Assembly (NCBI GenBank): GCA_037128115.1
Contig: JBAXXB010000002.1
Coordinates: 1-55,087 of the forward strand
Direction: 5' to 3'
DNA from: Bacteroidota bacterium
GTDB lineage: Bacteria; Bacteroidota; Bacteroidia; Bacteroidales; UBA4417
DNA: 55,087 nt
Shown: piece by piece, positions 42,909-49,677 of the stretch
Position numbering within the stretch: position 1 is the first letter of the stretch
How the letters are laid out: each line of letters begins with the position of its first letter
The notes under the pieces: generated by a model
Told to the model about the DNA's origin: nothing
Databases searched by the model: none
What the model saw: the letters and a program-made list of their open reading frames with translations, nothing else
Position numbers and translations under genes: made by a program

Positions 42909-44516
42909 ATGAACAAGCGAAATTTCATCTTGATAGCCTTTGCTTTCATTGTACTCCAGGCAACCCTATTGGCTCAATCAAATTCAAAAGCTGTAGCTCC
43001 GCCAGAAGTCAACTCTTTCGCACCTATATTGGGTTTTCTTTCTTCCAATTGGATGGAGGGCCGCGAAGCTGGAACAAAAGGTGGATTTATGGCGGCTGAT
43101 TATGTATCGTCGATGATGCAGGTTTTCGGGCTGTCACCATTCGGGGACAAAAAAACCAAAAAAGCTGGTTACTTCCAGGACTTTGAAATAGTTCAATATA
43201 AAACCTTGGAATCAAGCCTGGCATTTATTGAACGGGATGCCAATTCGCAATCGGTTTTCCAGCTTAATCAGGGAGTCGATTACAAAGTCAGCGCCGGGGT
43301 TAACGGCTCAGATGCTGAAGCTGCGGTTGTATTTGCCGGGTATGGTGTTGTGGCAGCTGACAAAGGATATGACGATTATAAAGGTATGGATGTAAAAGGT
43401 AAAATAGTAGTGGTGCTGGACGGCTTTCCCGGACATGGCGATACGACGTCGGCTGGTTGGAAAACATTTTGGAAATCCGGTTCTGAAGCCCCAGCTTCTA
43501 TTGAAACAAAACTCCAAAATGCCAGGATTCATGGAGCCCTTGCACTCATTTTGCTGGATGCAGAAGGTAAATTTGAACCTTTTAAACAGGCACAAAGCAA
43601 CCGGTTATTACTCCAATCCACTATGAATTCAGTCAAAAACACGGAAGAGGAATACGAAGAATTCTATCACACCTTGCCAAACGATACTGCCAGCCAGGTT
43701 ATTCCATGTTTCAGGCTTGGTTCTTCGGCTGCTAAGCACCTGATTTCGGGAACGGGCATTAACTTTATCGGCTTCGAATCAAAAACGGCCAAAACTGTTT
43801 TACCTGCTTCCCAGTTAATGAAAGATAAAACTATGCGTTTTTCGGTCATGGTGAAATCGGAACCTATACTTGTGCGAAACGTGCTGGGAATTATTCCCGG
43901 TAAGGATAAAACAAAATACATTGTTCTGGGAGGACATTACGATCACCTGGGAACGCATAACGGTCATATCTTTAATGGTTCCGACGACAATGCTTCAGGT
44001 GCTTCGGGTATGCTGGCACTTGCCAAAACCTGGGCAGAAAGCGGCGTTCAGCCTGCCTGCAACCTTATTTTCGCTTCATGGTCAGGTGAGGAAGAAGGCT
44101 TACTCGGAAGCCAGTATTTTGTAGAGCAAATGAACATCAAACCCAAAGACATCCTGCTGTACATCAATATGGATATGATTTCGCGAAGTGTGATTGAAGA
44201 TACTACCCGCCGCCAACTCAGCATAGGAACCCGCACTTCGGATAAATACATACGGGAAATGGCCAAAAAGAACAATTCAACGCTCAGTCATCCCTTCATT
44301 CTGGATTTATGGGATGTAACCGGCCATTCAGGCAGCGACTATGCATCGTTTACAGCTAAAAATATTCCCATAATGACCTACAACACAGGCCTTCACAACG
44401 ACTACCATACGCCGCGCGATATTTCGGCAAATGCCGACTTAGTTAAGATGGGTGATGTGCTAAAGATGGTGAACAGTAGCCTGATGGAGGTTCTTAATAA
44501 TATTCCCGGAAAATAA
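42909..44516 (+). CDS. M28 family secreted aminopeptidase with PA domain
   Basis: Signal peptide MNKRNFILIAFAFIVLQATLLAQ (ATG at 42909). GGHYDHLG, NGSDDNASGASGMLALA, SGEEEGLLGSQYF and HTPRD. Confidence 0.85.
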   Translation: MNKRNFILIAFAFIVLQATLLAQSNSKAVAPPEVNSFAPILGFLSSNWMEGREAGTKGGFMAADYVSSMMQVFGLSPFGDKKTKKAGYFQDFEIVQYKTLESSLAFIERDANSQSVFQLNQGVDYKVSAGVNGSDAEAAVVFAGYGVVAADKGYDDYKGMDVKGKIVVVLDGFPGHGDTTSAGWKTFWKSGSEAPASIETKLQNARIHGALALILLDAEGKFEPFKQAQSNRLLLQSTMNSVKNTEEEYEEFYHTLPNDTASQVIPCFRLGSSAAKHLISGTGINFIGFESKTAKTVLPASQLMKDKTMRFSVMVKSEPILVRNVLGIIPGKDKTKYIVLGGHYDHLGTHNGHIFNGSDDNASGASGMLALAKTWAESGVQPACNLIFASWSGEEEGLLGSQYFVEQMNIKPKDILLYINMDMISRSVIEDTTRRQLSIGTRTSDKYIREMAKKNNSTLSHPFILDLWDVTGHSGSDYASFTAKNIPIMTYNTGLHNDYHTPRDISANADLVKMGDVLKMVNSSLMEVLNNIPGK

Positions 44517-44734
44517 TTTCAATGTTTTAAATTTCCTGTCACCCTTCAACTTCGTCACACATCAGCGTGCCAAAAAAGGTGTAAAAAGATCATTTCTCCA
44601 CTCTCTGACCCTTTTCCCAGGAAAGCCTGAAAGTTGGCATCCTTCTGAAATGTCAGACTTTAAATTAGTAAAACAGCTCCACACACTTGTCGTGCTGAGT
44701 GGGGTCGAAGCGTCTGGAATTAACCTGTCGTCCA

Positions 44735-45844
44735 TTACCCCTTCTGCTCACATTTTCGAACCGTATATTTTTCCAGCGCTTTCTGATTTACTTCCACACC
44801 GATTCCAGGACCCGTTGGAACGGTTATGGTACCATCCGGATTAAGCTCAAACAGGGTCTCTACAATATCTTCCCTATAATATTTCCTGTTTGGTGAAAGA
44901 TCGCTTGGCAATGTAAAGTTAGGCAGCGAAGCAAGTGCCACATTCCCTGCGCGACCAATACCTGACTCTAACATGCCTCCATGCCAAACCGGGATATTCA
45001 TGCTTGCACAATAATCGTGGATCTTAATGGATTCGGTATACCCTCCTACGCGCCCGGGTTTGATATTAATAATACGGCAACTTTTCATTTCGATGGCGGC
45101 CCGGGTATCACCCAGGGAGTGAATGCTTTCGTCGAGGCAGAGGTCAGTTTTAATTTCGCGTTGAAGTTTGGCATGGTCGAATATATCGTCATACCCAAGA
45201 GGCTGCTCAATAAGCGACAGGTTGTACTTATCCATTTCTTTGAAAATGGGAAGGTGGTCGAGCGTATAGGCCGAATTGGCATCTACCTGCAGCAACATGC
45301 CAGGATATTCGCGGCGAAGCGCGTCTATAAACTGCAGGTCGCGGCCAGGGGCAATTTTAATTTTAATGCGCTGATAGCCTTCCTTCATGTACTTCGCCAT
45401 CACATGAAGCAAATCAGGAACCGTGTCGCTGATACCGAGGCTAACACCTACATTAATTTTCTCCTGTGTTCCTCCCAGCATTTTCGACAAGGAGACGCCT
45501 TTTGATTTTGCGAAAGCATCATACAAGGCAGCCTCCAGACCGGCCTTGGCCATCATGTGTCCGCGAACCTTGGCGTAGCTGGCAATGACTTCTTCAACAC
45601 TGGAAATATCTCTTCCGATAATAGCCGGAATCAGGAAATCATTGAGAATATGCCAGGCAGTAGGCACGGTTTCATAGGAATAAAATGGGGTTTCTTCGGC
45701 TACGCATTCACCCCAGCCGGTAACACCCTCGGCATCAACACGCACCATGATGTGCTGTTCATCGTATTCGGTACCCATCGAGGTTACAAACGGGGTCACC
45801 AGCACCATTTTGGTGTGGCGGAGTTCAATGCGGTCTATTCTCAT
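44735..45844 (-). CDS. Enolase-superfamily enzyme of the o-succinylbenzoate synthase / N-acyl(succinyl)amino acid racemase family
   Basis: The N-terminus MRIDRIELRHTKMVLVTPFVTSMGTEYDE..GWGECV parallels NAAAR/OSBS. KxK (QRIKIKI), metal ligands LQVDANSAY / LIEQPL / LCLDES, and second base INIKPGRVGG. Confidence 0.8.
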   Translation of the reverse strand: MRIDRIELRHTKMVLVTPFVTSMGTEYDEQHIMVRVDAEGVTGWGECVAEETPFYSYETVPTAWHILNDFLIPAIIGRDISSVEEVIASYAKVRGHMMAKAGLEAALYDAFAKSKGVSLSKMLGGTQEKINVGVSLGISDTVPDLLHVMAKYMKEGYQRIKIKIAPGRDLQFIDALRREYPGMLLQVDANSAYTLDHLPIFKEMDKYNLSLIEQPLGYDDIFDHAKLQREIKTDLCLDESIHSLGDTRAAIEMKSCRIINIKPGRVGGYTESIKIHDYCASMNIPVWHGGMLESGIGRAGNVALASLPNFTLPSDLSPNRKYYREDIVETLFELNPDGTITVPTGPGIGVEVNQKALEKYTVRKCEQKG

Positions 45845-45846
45845 AA

Positions 45847-45970
45847 GGAGTTAGGGTTTGGGAGTTAGGATTTGGGGTTCAAAAGCAGGAAAAGTTAAAA
45901 GGTTCTCGTTCAGTGGCTTGAAGCGTTCAAAGATTTCAGGGTTAGAAACGTTCAAAGGTTCCAAGAGTCT
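45847..45970 (+). repeat. G-tract element (GGAGTTAGGGTTTGGGAGTTAGGATTTGGGGTT) followed by degenerate GTTCAAAGG-type units
   Basis: It lies directly upstream of the minus-strand enolase-family start. The units GTTCAAAAG, GTTAAAAGGTTC, GTTCAAAGA, GGGTTAGAAAC and GTTCAAAGGTTCCAAGAG are the reverse-complement flavour of the 52.7-kb minisatellite. Confidence 0.65.
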
Positions 45971-46021
45971 AAGATCCGGCTTCGCAAATTGCACGATGTA
46001 GATCCGACATCATTCACAATA

Positions 46022-47518
46022 TTATTTTTTCTCTACCCTAAGTACCGGAAATGGATCTCCAACTTTCAGCAGATGTGCATATTTCTTATAGGTTACCAGG
46101 CTAAGTTCCGATTTGGGCTCGAGTGCCAAAACTATCAAATTGCCTTTTAACTGGGCTGTCGGGATGTATATGTAGTCGGAAGTAGTAATTTCGCCTTTAA
46201 ACTCCGTAGCTTCGACCATAGGGTTGATAATTATATCGCGCTCAAAATCCATTGAATCAATGCTTTTAACAAAATACTGTTCTATCTTCTGCCCTTTCTG
46301 TTTCCTGAATTCAGTCGTGGTTAACGCATGGTTACCTGCCCATTCAAGCAGTTCTTTTGAGTTTTTCGGAACCAGGTAACCAGCCGGTTTTTGAACATCG
46401 GTCAGGGTTTTCACAAGTGGGCGGTAATCATTCACAATTACCACAGTGTCCTTTTTTGTGGAATACGAAAATAAGGGCATGGTTAGTTTCTGCCCGTTGC
46501 TAAAGTGATCCGACTGTATTGATACAATTGGATTTGCTTTGCCGGAAGCCAGGGCTTTGCGGTCGGAAGCCAACGTCTTTTTTATTTCAGCTTTATTCAG
46601 GTAAACATATTCAAGCATTCCGCGCATACCCGTCATTTGTCCTTCGGCCCGGCGCCTGATGTTATTGCTAAGTTCATCTTCTCCATTCTTCCCCTCCTGT
46701 ATAAACGAAAGCGTATTCTGTATCCCGAAACTCTGCCTTCCGTCGTTGATATCGAAAGTACTCTGCCTGATGTAATCAGTTTCCGGTGGGCCTCCGGGGG
46801 CATAGACAAATGAACTGAAATTATTGAGGCTCAGGTATTTCGCCCAATAAGGAAAGACCTTAGTTTTCGATAATTCCCTGATGTTTTCCGAAATATTCGG
46901 ATTGGTGGTCGTGCCAAGCGTTTCCTCGACATTTCTGCGATAGCCGTATTTTTCCCAGTCGCCACCGTAAGGGTAATACTCGTGAATATCCATGGTGACT
47001 TCGAACAGGTATTTATCAAAAAAAAGATGCAGGGCCTTTGTCTCGGGCTCAGAAAGAATCAGGTGGTTGCGGTTCAGGTCCATGTCGTGCCCGTTTCGCC
47101 TTTCGTTAACTTCCGAGCCATCGGGGTTCATTTGCGGAACGATGGCAAAATCAATCCTGTCGAGCAAATACCTGTTTTCGGGTTTTAATAAGGTTCTGGC
47201 AAGAAGCAGCGCCCCTTCTTTGCCCGACTGCTCATTGCCATGCTGCTGGGCCAGGAACAGCACTTTAATTTTGGACTTATCTTTCCCGAATTCTGAAGAA
47301 GAAAATTTAAGGGCATATAGGTTTCTCCCCTGCACAGACTGGCCTATAGTTTCAACTTTCAGCACATCGGAAGACTCGTCCAGTTGTTTCACGAATGCTG
47401 ATAATTCGCTGTATGAGGTTACTTTCAGGTAATCGCCTTTCTCGAGAGGTGTTGTGTTCTGAGCAAACAACTGTGTTATTAACGCGAGGCAGAGTATAAC
47501 AAAAAATGGCGTTCTCAT
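46022..47518 (-). CDS. M14 family zinc carboxypeptidase, secreted
   Basis: Signal peptide MRTPFFVILCLALITQLFAQ. Zinc motif QQHGNEQSGKEGAL (HxxE), DLNRNH and TMDIHEY. Confidence 0.85.
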   Translation of the reverse strand: MRTPFFVILCLALITQLFAQNTTPLEKGDYLKVTSYSELSAFVKQLDESSDVLKVETIGQSVQGRNLYALKFSSSEFGKDKSKIKVLFLAQQHGNEQSGKEGALLLARTLLKPENRYLLDRIDFAIVPQMNPDGSEVNERRNGHDMDLNRNHLILSEPETKALHLFFDKYLFEVTMDIHEYYPYGGDWEKYGYRRNVEETLGTTTNPNISENIRELSKTKVFPYWAKYLSLNNFSSFVYAPGGPPETDYIRQSTFDINDGRQSFGIQNTLSFIQEGKNGEDELSNNIRRRAEGQMTGMRGMLEYVYLNKAEIKKTLASDRKALASGKANPIVSIQSDHFSNGQKLTMPLFSYSTKKDTVVIVNDYRPLVKTLTDVQKPAGYLVPKNSKELLEWAGNHALTTTEFRKQKGQKIEQYFVKSIDSMDFERDIIINPMVEATEFKGEITTSDYIYIPTAQLKGNLIVLALEPKSELSLVTYKKYAHLLKVGDPFPVLRVEKK

Positions 47519-47755
47519 CAGGCAATAAGGGTTTAGGCAATAAAAAATCCTGTTTAACTACAGCTGTTTAATACCGGTGAATTTCGATAGCTAATTTAAA
47601 AAGAAAACAAAGCCGTGTGGGATTAAAAGAAAAATAGCCTGGATGTGAATCCCGGTCCCGTCTTTTCACCTGAAATAAAACATCTTTTAGATCCTGCATC
47701 CAACTTATTTGAGCCAACAGGAACATAAATGCCCTGAAATGCATAAATTTCTATC

Positions 47756-47771
47756 CTGCAAACGTTTGCAG
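47756..47771. promoter_or_regulatory. Perfect 16-bp palindrome CTGCAAACGTTTGCAG, a LacI-family/cre-type operator consensus
   Basis: The central TGCAAACGTTTGCA fits TGnAAnCGnTTnCA exactly. It ends 65 nt upstream of the GH13 ATG at 47836. Confidence 0.6.
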
Positions 47772-47806
47772 TAAAACAAGCATGACTAATATGCTTTTTT
47801 TTCTTA

Positions 47807-47814
47807 TATCTTTG
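47807..47814 (+). promoter_or_regulatory. Bacteroidota-type -7 box TATCTTTG upstream of the GH13-GH31 pair
   Basis: Exact TAnnTTTG match, ending 22 nt before the ATG at 47836. Confidence 0.4.
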
Positions 47815-47835
47815 CGGAGATTAATAACAAAATCC

Positions 47836-49677
47836 ATGAAGAGAATTTCGCTTTTAGTTATATGTCTTTTACTTGTCGTTTCCGGCTTCCCCCAGGTAAC
47901 GATCGACCACGTGGAGCCTCCCAACTGGTGGGCCGGGATGAAAGGCAATTCCCTGCAGCTAATGATACACGGGAAAGATATTGGTAAAACCAGGGCTTCG
48001 CTCGAATACAGCGGGGCGAAAATAAAATCTTCGACCGCTGCAGGCTCCGATTACCTGTTTGTCGACCTTTCGGTTTCTAACCTTGCAAAGCCCGGGATCA
48101 TGAATATTGCATTCAGGGAAAAGGAAAGCGTTTCGATAAGCATCAAATATGAGCTGAAAGCCAGGGCTAAAGGTTCCGCCTCCCGGAATGGGTTCAATAC
48201 CTCGGATATGATGTACCTCATTATGCCCGATCGTTTTGCCAATGGCGATCCCAATAACGACGATATGCCAGGTATGCTCGAAAAAGCGGACCGGTCGAAC
48301 CCGAACGGGCGTCACGGCGGCGATATCAAAGGCATAAGCGACCACCTCGATTACCTTCAAAAACTGGGTGTCACAACCATCTGGTGCACACCACTGCTCG
48401 AAAACAATATGCAGGCATATTCCTACCATGGGTATGCCGTCACCGATTTATATAAAATTGACCCGCGTTTTGGCACCAACGAAAGCTATTGCGAAATGGT
48501 GAATTCAGCCCATAAAAAAGGCTTAAAAGTAGTTATGGATATGGTTTTTAATCACTTCGGAACCAATTCGTACTGGATGAAGGACCTGCCTCAAAAGGAC
48601 TGGGTAAACCAATGGCCCAGTTATACGCGGTCCAATTACCGGGGAGGTGTACTTTCCGATCCCTATCGTTCGCAATTCGATGAAAAGAAAATGTCGACGG
48701 GCTGGTTTGATACGACTATGGCTGATTTCAACCAGAAAAACCCTTTTGTTGCTACTTACCTGATACAGAATAGCATATGGTGGGTTGAATATGCCGGTCT
48801 CGATGGCATCCGCCAGGATACCTATCCCTATTCGGATAAAGAATTTATGGCTGAGTGGATGAAGACGCTCCGCAACGAATATCCGAATCTCAATACTGTG
48901 GGAGAGGTGTGGATAAATTATCCCCCACAGGTTGCGTATTGGCTTGATAACAAGAGTAATAAAGATGGGTTTCGCTCCCATTTGTCCAATGTGTTTGATT
49001 TCCCTTTGATGGGTGCTATCCAGAAAGCATTCAGTGAAAATGAAGGTTGGGATACCGGCCTGGCCCGCCTATATGAATTGCTTTCGCAGGATTTCCTGTA
49101 CAGCGATCCTTCGAAGCTGATCACTTTTGCTGATAACCACGATACCGAACGTTTGTTTGCGGTACAAAAAAGCCTCGAAAATGTGAAGATGACCCTGGCT
49201 TTCCTGGCTACAACACGCGGCTTGCCCATGCTTTATTATGGCACCGAGGCGCTCAGTGAGCGGGGTTCCCTGGAAGGCGATCCCGGCAAACGCAAGGACT
49301 TCCCCGGCGGCTGGCAGGGTGACGCAAGTAATATGTTTACCCGCGAAAACCTGAGTGCCGATCAGAAAGACCTGCTTGACTATACCTCCGCTCTTTTTAC
49401 CTGGCGTAAAGGCAATAAGGTGGTGCAGGAAGGGAAACTAACGCATTACATCCCTGAAGATGGTATTTATGTGTACTTCCGCACCCTTGGAAATGATGCA
49501 GTGATGGTGATCATGAACAATGGCAAAAATCCGAAAATCATTGACAACAAGAGATTTGAAGAAAATACCAGGGAATTCAAACAGGGCAAAGATGTGCTTT
49601 CAGGAAGCCTGTTACCAAATCTGAGTCACATAGAAGTTCCAGGGAAAACAGTTAAAATTATTGAATTAAGCAGATGA
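47836..49677 (+). CDS. GH13 cyclomaltodextrinase/neopullulanase-like alpha-amylase family enzyme (SusA-like)
   Basis: Signal peptide MKRISLLVICLLLVVSGFPQ. Cyc-maltodext_N hallmark VEPPNWWAGM. GH13 regions VVMDMVFNHFG, GLDGIRQDT, VGEVW and FADNHD. Confidence 0.88.
   Translation: MKRISLLVICLLLVVSGFPQVTIDHVEPPNWWAGMKGNSLQLMIHGKDIGKTRASLEYSGAKIKSSTAAGSDYLFVDLSVSNLAKPGIMNIAFREKESVSISIKYELKARAKGSASRNGFNTSDMMYLIMPDRFANGDPNNDDMPGMLEKADRSNPNGRHGGDIKGISDHLDYLQKLGVTTIWCTPLLENNMQAYSYHGYAVTDLYKIDPRFGTNESYCEMVNSAHKKGLKVVMDMVFNHFGTNSYWMKDLPQKDWVNQWPSYTRSNYRGGVLSDPYRSQFDEKKMSTGWFDTTMADFNQKNPFVATYLIQNSIWWVEYAGLDGIRQDTYPYSDKEFMAEWMKTLRNEYPNLNTVGEVWINYPPQVAYWLDNKSNKDGFRSHLSNVFDFPLMGAIQKAFSENEGWDTGLARLYELLSQDFLYSDPSKLITFADNHDTERLFAVQKSLENVKMTLAFLATTRGLPMLYYGTEALSERGSLEGDPGKRKDFPGGWQGDASNMFTRENLSADQKDLLDYTSALFTWRKGNKVVQEGKLTHYIPEDGIYVYFRTLGNDAVMVIMNNGKNPKIIDNKRFEENTREFKQGKDVLSGSLLPNLSHIEVPGKTVKIIELSR

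Noticed and set aside
44690-44725. The sequence GTCGTGCTGAGTGGGGTCGAAGCGTCTGG is reminiscent of short REP-like elements that translate to LSEVEAS-type peptides in other genomes.
   Set aside because: There is only one copy in the window and no clear hairpin. I cannot establish it as a repeat without the rest of the genome.
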